From Albugo candida (lineage: Eukaryota), in assembly GCA_040437565.1 (NCBI GenBank), contig JBDOQK010000003.1, positions 248,001-312,000 of the forward strand: a DNA stretch of 64,000 nucleotides, written 5' to 3'. The notes beneath the pieces are model-generated. The model was given only the letters and a program-made list of their open reading frames with translations, searched no databases and was not told where the DNA came from. The translations under genes and the position numbers were made by a program. Positions within the stretch are counted from its first letter, which is position 1; the number at the start of each line of letters is the position of its first letter. Positions 36,380 to 49,700 of the stretch are shown here, piece after piece.

Positions 36380-37511
36380 TAGGCAGACAATATGTTAGAT
36401 ACACTGCAGCAGAATGCGTCGGAATGAGAGTTATACCTTGTATTTTCCATACGTGATGGTACCACGAATTGTGCCATTAATTAAAAATACCAGCTTATCT
36501 CGTTGAAAGTCAGACCACATTGCAAGACCTTCCAAATAGCCCGGTCTGATGTTGATGGGCATGATCACATCGCTAATGGCTCCTGCAGCTGCAGTCCACG
36601 TTTGATTCAATTCCCAGCTACCAACATGTAATCCTCTGTGATGAAAGTACAATTTCCCTTCTTCCAGTAAAAAACCGAATCTGTTTTCGTTAATCACACT
36701 CAAAAGGACTTGATACTCGACCACTGGCTGGAGGTTAAGTATACTGTGAAGAACTGACTCCCACTGAAATTCGCGATTGCAGACGTTATAGTCCGGAAAT
36801 CTCGGATAGAACATAAGACCCAGTATCTATCAGTCATAGTGATCTTGAGGTTCAACATTGATATCTGCTGGATGAGTATTTCAAATCTCTTTACCGTGAC
36901 AGCACTCAAAAAGCCAACAAATATGATCCGCCTACATACTTTTCTCCAGCTTGAATTGTTATCACTGTAATACAAATCGACTTGTGATCATGCGCGTCAG
37001 AAGAGGTAATAACTTACGATAAAGATGTTCTAGAAGCTGAAAGAGCTTCATGTACTGCTAGTAAGGGCTCACGAGACTCTGATGTAGAATCAGCAAGTCC
37101 CTCCTCATCTTCAGCTCTTGTCTCTGAAACAGATATTCGAGTTGTTTCAACCGAGTTGACTTGAGACCGTCTCAAAATCGAATAAAGGGATGCAAGGCCA
37201 AATAGACAGCATGCGCCTATGATCATAAGAGCAAACACCGTAATCACCACTGAAGTCGGAGGTCCATAACCGACGTGCTGTGGTTCATTCCGCTCACAAT
37301 CTTCAAGGTGATGACACACAGACATGCCTTTGATACATCCCATCGGAGAACCAATTGCATGACACTGATAATCAAACTGACAGAAATGGCAAGTTATGCT
37401 CGCATTTAAACAAGAATCGCAGCTTTTGTATTTAGCGCAAGGTTTTCCCAGAATCTCTTCTACGTGATGAAAACCTTTGCTTGATTGCAATGATTCGTCA
37501 CGCATTTTCAT
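36266..37511 (-). CDS. Membrane protein with PSI-like Cys-rich N-terminus and LEA_2-like C-terminal domain
   Basis: CAKYKSCDSCL..CHFC..C Cys pattern, two hydrophobic segments, then YPRFPDY..LSVINENRFG. The last exon ends DYFTNDTF*. Confidence 0.65.
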
Positions 37512-37698
37512 CAAATGTTCTGACTTATCAGATTTTATATTTTCAATCTATCCAATATTCAAGGCAACTGCTGCTTCTAAATTGCTTCAAATCGATACAA
37601 TGAAACTAACGGAAACACCATAGAAAACATGACTTCATTTCTAATCTTATTAAGTGAGCGTAATGACAAAAATTATTCGTATGATGACAAATCGGTCA

Positions 37699-40600
37699 TC
37701 ATGATGCATCCGAGTAGTTTTCAACATCCAGTGAAAATCGATCGAAAAAAGATAATGAGCCTCGCTGGAAGGTAGGCGGTAGTGTCCGACTTGTAAAGCT
37801 CCCTGCGTACGACAATCGCATCTGGTCCGTGCCAAGGGCGGAGGAATTACTTGAGCTCCCACTACACCGAGATGATGTTCCGAATGGACGATCGCGTGGA
37901 CTACTGCGAGATACACTGCCGGCAATACTACCCGCATCACTTGCTTTTCGCTGTAAATAAGCAACAACATGTGCTCGATCTCTCAAAATCTCCAAATTAT
38001 CAGATTTTCCTCGATACGATATTCTTTCGGTCGTTATGATGGAGCGATCCGCCACTGCTGAATTTTGATCGGATGGAGAGCCATACTTTGAGGAGAAGGT
38101 TGACTCTTGGTGTCGTCTTTCTTGGAAAGCTGACCTCGGCTCATCGTCTTGCGATCGAGCGCCAATGAGACTTGTATTGAGTTTCGCGCTATGTTGGAGT
38201 GGCAAAATATCGACTGTTTCTGATGCTCCTGAAGTCAATGTCGGAGAATATGTTTCAGCATGGCTAAGAGGCAGATCTCCTAGAGGCAGATCTCCGATTG
38301 ATTTGGATTGTGCATCGTACATGTTGGCTCCAACATCAGCAACAGTCTTCTCTACGGCGCAATCTTTTTCCAAGTCGACTGCCGTGCGGTCTTCGTATAG
38401 AGCTTGCAATTGATATTCTGATACAGAACGTGAAGAGAACGACCCTTCGGCTCGACCATAATCTCTCTTGGAGACGAAAGAAGAGCATCGAGGCAGCAAA
38501 CGGATTTGGTTGGATTGTCCGCTCAGATGTTCATCACTGTACCTGATACCATCAAAGGTATGATTCAGGGCATGTTTTGACCTCCGGTGATCATCAGAGC
38601 CAGGATATTCAGCAGCAGTTGTCAAGTCTACCATTCCGGACGAGTGTGTCCCATGCATCGACCTCTCAGCTTTACATCGGGCTTTTTTAGCTTTCTTCTT
38701 TTCCTTCTGTTCTCTCAGTTCCTTTTGCCAATATTCTAGCTTTTGTATCCAGCTAGCAGGTGGTCTATGGTGTGAAAAGTCGGTGTTCATAGATCCAAAA
38801 GAAGCCTGAGTCGCTGGTGATTGTGCGGTCTGTGTCCTATGATGAAAAGTCGCAGTCTGCTGTGATTATGAGGCAGATCAGCTCCAAAGTCCATTGTCAG
38901 GTGTCCACGAAAGCTGATAGCTTCATTGGCTTTGTCATGTGATGCCATTCTATTTTTCCGAAACTCCGACTCGGCTATCAATGATTGCGGTCCCCCAAGT
39001 TCAGCCTCAGATATATTATTAGCGTTGACTTGAGCACCACCCGAGTGATCTGGATCCCATGCTTCATTGGTGTAATCTTGATCTGGAAGCACAATGTGAC
39101 GAACATTTTGTGCGCCCCACTGGCTATAGCTTTCCGCTGTTCCCCAATATTCATCAATCACCTAGAAGGAGCGTATCACTTAACAAAATTCGATTGAAAG
39201 GACATATGCAATAAGACGAACGTTCAGAGCATCCCCGCCACCATAGTATGAAGCATTGTACAAATTGGACTGACTTTGTTGGATATGAGCGATACATTCA
39301 GTAGATAAATGCCTATCAAAAGTACTGAATCACAGGGAGATCAAATGAGCAACCATACCACTCGAAATGCCTGTAAGAGAGATTACCGTGCGTTTCTGGT
39401 CGCATAATGCGAGTGTCTATCCACAAATTTTGGAATGCTTTGTTTTCTTCGACCAAAAATTTTCTGCCGTAAATCGACTTTGTCACTGTGTGGTGACGTA
39501 CACAATGCATCCGATTGTTGTGGATCATCATCGTCAAGTGATGATATAGCGATTCCGGACGCCAGTTGGATGCGATGATGGGCTCGAAAATCCTCAATAC
39601 GAGATCGAATGACACAATTCTGCGATCGTGATACTTGTGAGATAAGATGCGGATTGATACTCGAGCGACCAAGCTAACAAGTGATTCAGAGCGTCTCTTA
39701 TTGCGCAAAGTGGACGATAGCATACGATGATCCATTACCTTGTTCAGCTCATTCAGTATATTTCCATAGCTGTCACATCGCACAAGCTTTTCTTGAGAGT
39801 GATGCAAGAGCGCTAATGACATTTGGAAGAGAATCTACAGAAAGTGATTCATTGGTAAGGACAAGAGCTAATTCCACAGCTTGATACATGCCTTGTCACC
39901 GAGGAAGAACATAGAATCCCAAACTCTAGCGGTGATTTCTTTTGAACATGGGCTTGCAAAAAGTGTCAAAAACCACTCCGTACAAGCTAACGAAAGCTCC
40001 ACGCCAGAGCCTCCAAGCTTTGTTAGACAATTTACGATATCGGGTAATTGTAGACGAACAAAGTCGGCAAAAACGTGTTGATCCACTGCTAATCCAAGCT
40101 ATGCATCCAAAGCTCGATTAATGCCAATTTTTCCACGCGTACGTAGAACCTTGACATACCATTGTGGTGTAGTAATCCTCTGGTACAACATCAATCATTT
40201 TGATGAGGAGGAAAAATACTTCTTCTTCATAGGGAAGAAATTGCAGCAGTCTTGAGACAATGAAATTGAGTCCCTGACAATACCCCAGTTTTGCGTTGTG
40301 TAATGAGTATGCAATCAGAATCCGCTGCATCATTGCTGTTTTCTCTTCATTCCACGTTTCTTCTGTTGGAGATACTGTTCTTCGTAAATCCGCTTCAATC
40401 TGTCGAAGGGCTTCTGTCCTACATCACAACGGTGACTATCTAGAGAGCTGCTTGTGTCGCTACAATACAAACCTATCTGGTTGGATTGTAAGAAGATGCT
40501 GGTAGTATCCTTGACGCCTTTGCATTTCGATTGCTGCACCAGAAGCCAATAGCCAAAGTTTTCCATGCATCTGCTCGGGTACGTAAGACCCCTGAAGATC

Positions 40601-41743
40601 GTCCGACAGTAGCAAAGACCGAATCTGTTCCTCCATGATCCAAACTTCATGCGCTAGTTCGGCAAGTCCTTCTGTTCTGGTACACTCCATATACGAATCC
40701 AAGTCATTTTTTGGGTGAGCTTGATCTATTTCATCAATCTTTTCACTTCCTATATTAAGCGCTGCCCAACGAGACTGCTTTTCCTCGTAAGCATTGAGTA
40801 AGGATTCCCATATATCATGTGTGACCCCCATGGCATCAGGCACTCGTTTGCTTTCGGATGAATGACTCGGATTTGTCACTTTTAGAAGCTGAGATAAATG
40901 CATACATGAGATATTGATAAATCGGCAAATATACGACAAATTTACCTCTTTAGTGTCGGGTCTGTCCTCAATAGAATGACGCCAGCATTTCTCCTCCAGT
41001 GTGCGGCGATTCGAAAGCGCAAGGGCACACGACTGTAGTGCCAAAATATTACGAAACACTTTCTCAAGAGCACGGAACTCATATAAATCCTCGGGTTCAA
41101 AACAATTCTGTACTGCTACTCCCAGAACTAAACAACATCTAATCACACCCACTGTAAGTTCTTGACTACCTCAGCATCCTCTATGGAAAAAATGCGAGTA
41201 TGCCTACTTTGTGTAATGAGTGATTTTATGAAAAGCTTGTCGTCTTGCTACGTCGTTCTGGAGCATGATGGAGCGGGCTTCTTGACGCAATTGATCCGTT
41301 TTCTTCTTCCCCTGAAAATTTCGCCCAAGCTTTGTTTCGAGCATCATGGCCTTACTTCGAAGAGATTGAGACGAACTTGGTTCGTACAAGTTACGTAAAA
41401 GCGGTGAGTGTTGCTGCAGCGACGGTGAAAACTCCATCAAACAAGACGATTTCTTCCAATCTTCCTCCGATTGGTATTCTCTGTACGCCAGTCCTAATGC
41501 AGCGAAAATGCACTTCATCAACTCACATAAGACTTGTCCATTCCGCGCAACGAGTGCAAAATCGTCCGAGAATTTCTCGTTCAGAATCAACTCAACCCAT
41601 CTTTGGGCTATTTTAGCTGCATTTGCATCTGATATAGTGGGTAGGGAGACTTGCTGCTCCAACGACGCAAGTGAGCGTGCTTTTGGTACCATTTTATTTG
41701 ATGCACTCGACATGAGTTCCTTAATTCTCAACAATGACACCAA
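37699..41743 (-). CDS. Rab-GAP TBC-domain protein with N-terminal partial CH-like domain (multi-exon)
   Basis: QIEADLRRT (R finger), GYCQGLNF (Q finger), DQHVF, EWFLTLF and RVWD. The N-terminal AQRWVELIL..RNGQVLCELM is CH-like. The start is approximate. Confidence 0.85.
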
Positions 41744-41963
41744 TGAGCGTCAATCAATTATGGATTCTCTAAAGGAGAAATGTGTAGTGAGCGTAATTGC
41801 TGCTGTGATGAGGCATGCGCCAAGTCGACCGGCTCACGCAATGACGTTTTGGGCGAAATTCCGAACAAGTTTGCTTCTCGCTTAAATTTAGCGAATAAAA
41901 AGGCAGATAAGTAATTATTAGGTATATGATTGGTTAAAACAATCGGAACTCGAAGGTATCACA

Positions 41964-42905
41964 TCAAATTCCACCGTCAAAATCCTTTTGTGCGTCTGAA
42001 GACGACTCAAATGTTCGAGGATGGTGACGTGCGATGAGATATTGGTAAGTTTCAGCTCCCAAAAGTCCTCCAACAATTGGAGCGAAAAGTGGGACCCAAA
42101 AATACGCGTTATTGGCTGTGAATACTTTAAATCCCCAACCAGCTAGTGCAGTGAATAAACGTGGACTGAAATCACGTGCAGGATTTAACGCAAAACCAGT
42201 ATTATACCCAAAAGATAATGCGATTCCTGATAGTAATAAACCAATTGCTAGTGGCTTCATACCCTTTTCGGCTTCGTTATTTGCTTTGTCTGTGATGGCG
42301 AAAATACCGAGCAAGAGCAAAAATGTTCCAATAATTTCGTCAAAGAAACCAGCAAATAATCCCTCGTGATCCTTAGGGTACGTAGCAAAAATACCGGCTG
42401 TTCCAATTTCCCAGTTATCCAAGTAAGCAAGTCCTGGATAGTACCCTATGTACACAATGAATGCTCCGACGAAAGCACCAGCAAACTGAGCCATTACATA
42501 AAATGGAAGCTTCTTCCAAGGTAAGCGACCGTGACGGCACATTGCGACAGAAACTGCCGGATTGAGGTGTCCACCGCTAACTCCTGCGGAGACAAATAGA
42601 CCCAACATCAGACCAATTCCGTAGCCGAAAGAAATAGTCGACCAATCTCCTGCCATGTTGGTGAAGTCAGGATGTTGCTGATTCTTGACTGCATTTTTTG
42701 CTTCGATTCCCTGAGATACGACTGTTTGACAAACAACGCCGTCTCCGACGAGAACGAGAATCATTGTGCCAAGGAATTCTGCAAACATCTCCCGTGTGCA
42801 TGACTTTCGATCGACAGTATCTTCAGTTGTCAAAGATGCATCTTCAGAGTACTCGATTGAGATTGAAGAGTTTTGCATAGGATAAATACTTTGTCTAGTC
42901 GACAT
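41964..42905 (-). CDS. Aquaglyceroporin (MIP family, GlpF-type), intronless
   Basis: AEFLGT, SGGHLNPAVS, GIFATYP, ALNPARDFSPR (Asp after the second NPA marks a glyceroporin) and YFWVP. Confidence 0.96.
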   Translation of the reverse strand: MSTRQSIYPMQNSSISIEYSEDASLTTEDTVDRKSCTREMFAEFLGTMILVLVGDGVVCQTVVSQGIEAKNAVKNQQHPDFTNMAGDWSTISFGYGIGLMLGLFVSAGVSGGHLNPAVSVAMCRHGRLPWKKLPFYVMAQFAGAFVGAFIVYIGYYPGLAYLDNWEIGTAGIFATYPKDHEGLFAGFFDEIIGTFLLLLGIFAITDKANNEAEKGMKPLAIGLLLSGIALSFGYNTGFALNPARDFSPRLFTALAGWGFKVFTANNAYFWVPLFAPIVGGLLGAETYQYLIARHHPRTFESSSDAQKDFDGGI

Positions 42906-43798
42906 TGCTTGCAAATGACCGGTACTTGTAGATTGCGGACAAGCTCAGTCGTGAAATGAGGTTCCCATTTTGCCATTTTGTCATCAAAGTGCTCGAGCAG
43001 ATTCCAAAAATACTGCTTCAATTCGACTCGAACTATTTCAGGAAGGCTATTTTCATCTTGTGGCGCGTAATCAAGCTTCGACTCAAACTGGATTGCCGCT
43101 TTGCTGACGCCATATCAAACCGTCGGGAAAAAGGCGTTACACTCTTTGGCTGCAGACTTGCAGAGAATTTTGAGGGCTCGACAATTCTCATGATTGTAAT
43201 ACATATCAATGAAAGAATCGATNNNNNNNNNNNNNNNNNNNNNNNNNNNNNNNNNNNNNNNNNNNNNNNNNNNNNNNNNNNNNNNNNNNNNNNNNNNNNN
43301 NNNNNNNNNNNNNNNNNNNNNNGACGAGAACGAGAATCATTGTGCCAAGGAATTCTGCAAACATCTCCCGTGTGCATGACTTTCGATCAACAGTATCTTC
43401 AGTTGTCAAAGATGCATCTTCAGAGTACTCGATTGAGATTGAAGAGTTTTGCACAGGATAAATACTTTGTCTAGTCGACATTGCTTGCAAATGACCGGTA
43501 CTTGTAGATTGCGGACAAGCTCAGTCGTGAAATGACGTTCCCATTTTGCCATTTTGTCATCAAAGTGCTTGAGCAGATTCCAAAAATACTGCTTCATTTC
43601 GACTCGAACTATTTCAGGAAGGCTATTTTCATCTTGTGGTGCGAAATCAAGCTTCGACTCAAATTGGATTGCCGCTTTGCTGACGCCATATCAAACCGTC
43701 GGGAAAAAGGCGTTACATTCTTTGGCTGCAGACTTACAGAGAATTTCAAGGGCTCGACAATTCTCATGATTGTAACACATATCGATGAAAGAATCGAT
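42747..43798. repeat. Gap-flanking diverged duplication (42747-43222 vs 43323-43798)
   Basis: 476-bp copies around 100 N, with about 14 substitutions counted by eye. Confidence 0.85.
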
Positions 43799-46700
43799 TA
43801 GAATCCCTTCAACGATGAATTCATTACGAATAGGAAGGCCTGACACAAGAAAATATCAACTGCGTACAATTGGCACTCTAGACCCATCTGGCTCCGAGAC
43901 TTTGAGCAATTTCGATAAGCGCAAGGATATGAATCCTATTACCTCTTATCAGGAGCTCAGACGACCATATTTTGCCACCCGTGTTCTTGAGCAAGATCGA
44001 ACGCAGAGTATAATTCAAAGTCGATCGAGAGGCATCTGTCCCGAGGGAATGTACGGGGATAGTATCGACTCGTCCGATCGTCATTCAAATGATCGTGATG
44101 AGATAGATAGTAGAACGAGCACGTTATCACGATCACATTATTTATCAAGGGATGCACACGACCGGGAATCCAGAAAACGTCCATCGTCCAGTGGGATTTC
44201 TAACAGCTATGGTGGCAATATTATCACGGCTGTCCGAGTACGCCCTCTGTTTGCATCTGAGCGTCGTGCTGGATGCCAGCGTATCATCGAAATGTCTCCT
44301 GGCAGTGGAGAAGATGACTGTGCGCCCAACTCCTTCATTCGCATATTGAATCCTGTTGTGCTGCCAAACAGGTCACATTCTCTAGCAAATACGAAGTCAA
44401 ACATGAAACTGGATGACTGTTTGAAATCGTATCAAAGTAAAGTAGCAGCAAGCAAGTCCGGCGCGATGAATTACATGCATGAATTCCACTTTGATTATCA
44501 TTTCTGGTCATTCGATCATGAGCAAGGACAAAAAGATGCAGCGCAAGAGTCTATCTACGACACAGTTGGATCATATATGGTAAAGTCAGCGTTTGAAGGC
44601 TTTAATTGCTCTATATTTGCATATGGGCAAACCTCTGCTGGCAAAACATACACCATGATGGGAGATGACCGGCCTACCAAAATGGCTGACTCTACTTCTT
44701 TGAGCTCAAAAAGCGGCCTTATACCTCGCGTCTGTTTTGGCATGTTTGAGTTTGGAAATTCGCAAACCGGAGTCAAGTTGTCGACATTCCATGTGAGCTA
44801 TATAGAGATTTACCACGAGCACGTCTATGATCTCCTAAAGACCGAAGGAATTCTCAAAGTACGTGATTGACATTGATTCCCTCAAGCTCGACTGATTGAG
44901 CTCTTTTTCAGCACTCTCTGAAAATACGTGAACATCCCGATGCTGGCGTGTTTGTTCAAAACGCTCAAAAGGTGTCAGTAAAGAATTACGCAGAAGTCAA
45001 ATCTCTCATTACTGAAGGTAATCGAAGGCGTTCAGTGGCAACGACAAAGAGTAACGCGAGATCTTCTCGCTCACATGCTATCCTTACCATTTACATCAGT
45101 CAAACTGATCTGAAGATAGAGGCAGATATGTCTGAGAAAGACGTGCCGATAATTTCCAAGATCACGCTAGTGGATTTGGCTGGAAGTGAACGCGCTGAGA
45201 AACTTGGCGCCTCCGGTGCACAATTGCGAGAATCCGTCGCGATCAATCGTTCCTTGTCGACGCTTGCTGATGTCATTCATGTTCTGTCCAAAGGCGGAAA
45301 GCATAATCAGCATATTCCGTATAGGAACTCGGTACTGACTCGACTACTGAAGGAAAGTCTTGGAGGTAATACAATAACAGTCATGCTGGCAGCGATTTCC
45401 CCCTGTTGCATACATTATGAGGAAACACTGGGGACACTCAAATACCTTGATCGAGCCAAACGGGTTACAAATTGCCCGCATGTGAATTCGAGCAGTTGTA
45501 TTGGAACACGACCTGACTTTTCTAACGAGATTTCAGATCTAAAAGCTAAATTACAATCCACGCAAAGACTTGAGAATATAAGGACACTGATTCCAGCGTG
45601 CGGTGGAAGCTCTCGGGATGGGTCGGAGATGAGCCAGCACTTACTCGATAAGGCTGCTAATAGTGCAACAGAAGAGCCTACAAACTTAACTAAAGTGAAT
45701 GACCAGCTGACACGAACCATACGTTCAGTGGATACGCGAATTGAACAGAAAAGTACGCAAACAATAGAGGGAGAGAGTGAATCTATTTGGCCCATCAATT
45801 GGAAGCTACGCGTAAGGCTTATCGAATTGCTTAATGGTCGAAGGCGCTTACGCTACTTGGAGAAGTATCGTGCTTTCAAAGTCCTTTATGGATTAAGGAA
45901 TCAGGTTGATGAGCTTTCAAAACCCAAAAAGAGTAGATCCGTCACTCGATTCCGACTTCCCAGTGCGTCGCCGGAAGAGGACGAAGAAACTTCCGTAGAA
46001 TTTAAATCTTCTGAGTTCGAAAACGTGTATGAGACTCTTGACTCTCTATCTATACACACTGAAAAAAATGAGTCAGCGCGATCGAATATGGTCGACGAGC
46101 GGAAGAAAGAAAGCTCACTGGAACTGCTGGAAGAGATAGCGACTTGCTGTTGCAGTGCGATATCGTCAAAGCACAGGTCGATTTGTAAAGTGAAACTGCA
46201 GCAGTGGCGTAAAAACGAGTCTGATTTTGGCAAATCTGATGATCAGCCAACATCCGCTATAGACCCGAGTACCAAAGACGATGAACGTATTTCTGATGAT
46301 AACAACGCAGAATCTAATTTTCTTCTGCAAAAATCGACTAGGAAAGATATGTCAATTGGCGACTTCGCGGTCATTCAAGCATATAGAGCATCTACTGGTC
46401 TCACACCGGGAANNNNNNNNNNNNNNNNNNNNNNNNNNNNNNNNNNNNNNNNNNNNNNNNNNNNNNNNNNNNNNNNNNNNNNNNNNNNNNNNNNNNNNNN
46501 NNNNNNNNNNNNAGAAAGCTCACTGGAACTGCTGGAAGAGATAGCGACTTGCTGTTGCAGTGCGATATCGTCAAAGCACAGGTCGATTTGTAAAGTGAAA
46601 CTGCAGCAGTGGCGTAAAAACGAGTCTGATTTTGGCAAATCTGATGATCAGCCAACATCCGCTATAGACCCGAGTACCAAAGACGATGAACGTATTTCTG

Positions 46701-49700
46701 ATGATAACAACGCAGAATCTAATTTTCTTCTGCAAAAATCGACTAGGAAAGATATGTCAATTGGCGACTTCGCGGTCATTCAAGCATATAGAGCATCTAC
46801 TGGTCTCACACCGGGAATAAAACACAAGCCAAACCCCCAGAAATATATGGAGGAGCGATTACTCCTTCATGAGGAGGAAGTGTATTCAAGCAGATTTGAA
46901 ACAATCACAGCAAAAGAAGAATTACTTCAAGTCACTAATCAACTGTTTGAAAGTGAGAAAGCTAATAGAACTTTAGCGGAAGTGCATCTTACAGCTTTTG
47001 AAAAAGTGCATAATCGGCTTTTGCTACTTTCAGAAACAGTAGGAGCTTATCCAGCGGCTAAAGAAGACGTGGATTCTCCTGAAACTTTAGTGCCTGAGCC
47101 TACGGACGTAAATGCACCGATGAATAAAGTTGCTGAAAACCAGGAGAGTCTATCAAAAAGACCCGACAATGAGAAGTTGCTGGATACAAACGCTCGATGT
47201 ACGGAGGTCCATTTTGTTATAGACGCTATAAGTTCTTCGGTGGAGAGTTATATGTCGAGCTTTAACAAAGTACGAAATGAGCTCTCCGCTGCCTCAGCAA
47301 ATGCACGTATTTCGGGGGACAAGTTGGCAAAAATGATGAAAGAGCAAAAGGAAGCTTCAAAGAAGATTAAGAACGAAAATGCGACGGCAATGAATCGAAT
47401 GGAAAAAGATTTACTTCATGCCTCCATCAAAATACAAAAAACCGAGCAAGATCTCCGTGATGCAGAGTCGCAGCTGCTTNNNNNNNNNNNNNNNNNNNNN
47501 NNNNNNNNNNNNNNNNNNNNNNNNNNNNNNNNNNNNNNNNNNNNNNNNNNNNNNNNNNNNNNNNNNNNNNNNNNNNNNNTCGAGCTTTAACAAAGTACGA
47601 AATGAGCTCTCCGCTGCCTCAGCAAATGCACGTATTTCGGGGGACAAGTTGGCAAAAATGATGAAAGAGCAAAAGGAAGCTTCAAAGAAGATTAAGAACG
47701 AAAATGCGACGGCAATGAATCGAATGGAAAAAGATTTACTTCATGCCTCCATCAAAATACAAAAAACCGAGCAAGATCTCCGTGATGCAGAGTCGCAGCT
47801 GCTTGAAAAAGCAAAAGCATTAGAGGCTCTGGAGAATATCTACACAAGAACGACAGCCAAATCAAAAGCTGAATTGTGTCAGAGTTTGAAGGGTATTTTA
47901 AAAGCGGAGAAGGAACTAGAGCAAGCAAATGATCGAATAGCCGAATACGAGACCTTACTCAAAGTATCAGATAAGATGCGTGCTCTTCCACTTTCTCGAC
48001 TTCGAGAAGAAGTAGCTCTCAACTTGATCAAGATCACCGAAAGTGAAAAAATCAAATCTCTAGAGGACCAGCTGGCTGCATGCAAGATTTCTAAAGAATC
48101 TTCTATGATTATAATCACACAAATCAAAGAAAGATTATGCAATGGGCAAGCACAAGAACTATTAGCGAAGAATGAAGAGGTGTGCTTACCGGTAGTTGGG
48201 AATACAATAACAAGCGCGGAGACTGACCCCATGATAGGCCAGCTTCATGATCTTTCATCAACGCTAATTGAATATCAAAAAGCTCACATCTTGGCTTTTA
48301 CTCACCTAGAGGAAGAACTGAGGCTCACTTTGGCCAAAGTCGTGGAAAAAGACGAACAGCTTGGTCTCGTTAGCGACAAACTTGCCGAAACTCAGGCAAT
48401 TTGTAAGACTGTAAAGCATGCAAAAAACGCAGAAATTGATCTTTTAAGGAATGAGCTGAAGCGCAGTGCTTTGGTTATAACGGAACTCGATGGTCACCTT
48501 GGTTTATCAAAGGAGCGGGTAGTGGAACTACAGAGCGAATTAGGGATCTCACACGAGGATCATGCATCCGCTATCGCTGAAGTACAGAATAAATTATACG
48601 TCAAGACTACTGAGAACGCTAAGAATGAAGAAGATCTCATCCTCACACGGGATCAGCTGGCTACAAGTACGGCACGCTTGGCTTCACAAAAAGATATTGA
48701 AGCTGAAATGATTGCTTGTTTGAAAGAAGAACTCGCTAATATCACATCTGCGCTAATGAAAACAAAGCAGGAGCAAGTTTTCTTGAACAACCAACTAAAG
48801 GCGAGTGAAGCGCTAAATGAAAACTTTCAAGAGACCAATGCAAAACTGGAAGAAGAACTATCACTGAGTTCGAGAAAGTTAAACATACTGAAGGATGAAC
48901 TACTACACGTACAAAGCTTACTCACCAGGGCTGAAGCCAGTTACGAGGAAGCGAGCCATGTTCAAACAACAAAATTTGATAAAGTAGAGAAAGAGCTATC
49001 TTTGGCTAAAGTCAAATTGAAGAGAGCCGAAGAGGATCTTCAGTTTGCAAATAAGCAATCGAGCGAGAAAGAGACATTGTATGACTCCTCCGATTTGACG
49101 CCCCTGTTGAACATTCATGGACGCAAAGATGAGATTCCTGCAGGTTTGTCGACTGCAGCTAACATAGAAATAGAGACAGTAGATCAAGAGTGTCGGCGGA
49201 ACGAGCTTCATCGTGGATCATTGACAAACAAGGAAAGTCCAAGTACCGCATTTTCGAAATTCAGCAAGGCGTGGCCTTGTAATGCTGAAACGCAGAGCAC
49301 AAACGGGAGGCAGAAGAAAGAAGAGGCTGATCAATCTCATACAGCTGCAATTCTGTTTCCACAAAAAGAGTTGCTTTCGAGCATTATTAGCAGGAAAAGG
49401 ATGAAGGAAGACTATCGGCATATTCAGGATCAATCAATCGAGAGTGGGATTGCTGATGGAGCACTTCATGACGCTCATACTGTGGAATTTGCACGCTTGA
49501 AGGAGGATCTAGCTATCAGTTTATCGCAGACAGAGAAAGCACAGGAGGAATTGATATTGTTCAGAAAGAAGCTCGCGAAAAGTGAGTCTATTTACAAGGC
49601 TTCTGTTGAAATTCATCGAGGATCATTGACACAAGTGCAAAAGAAAATGGGCATTCTTACTTCCGAGATCAACAAAACAAGGGAAGAGCTTATTCTTACA

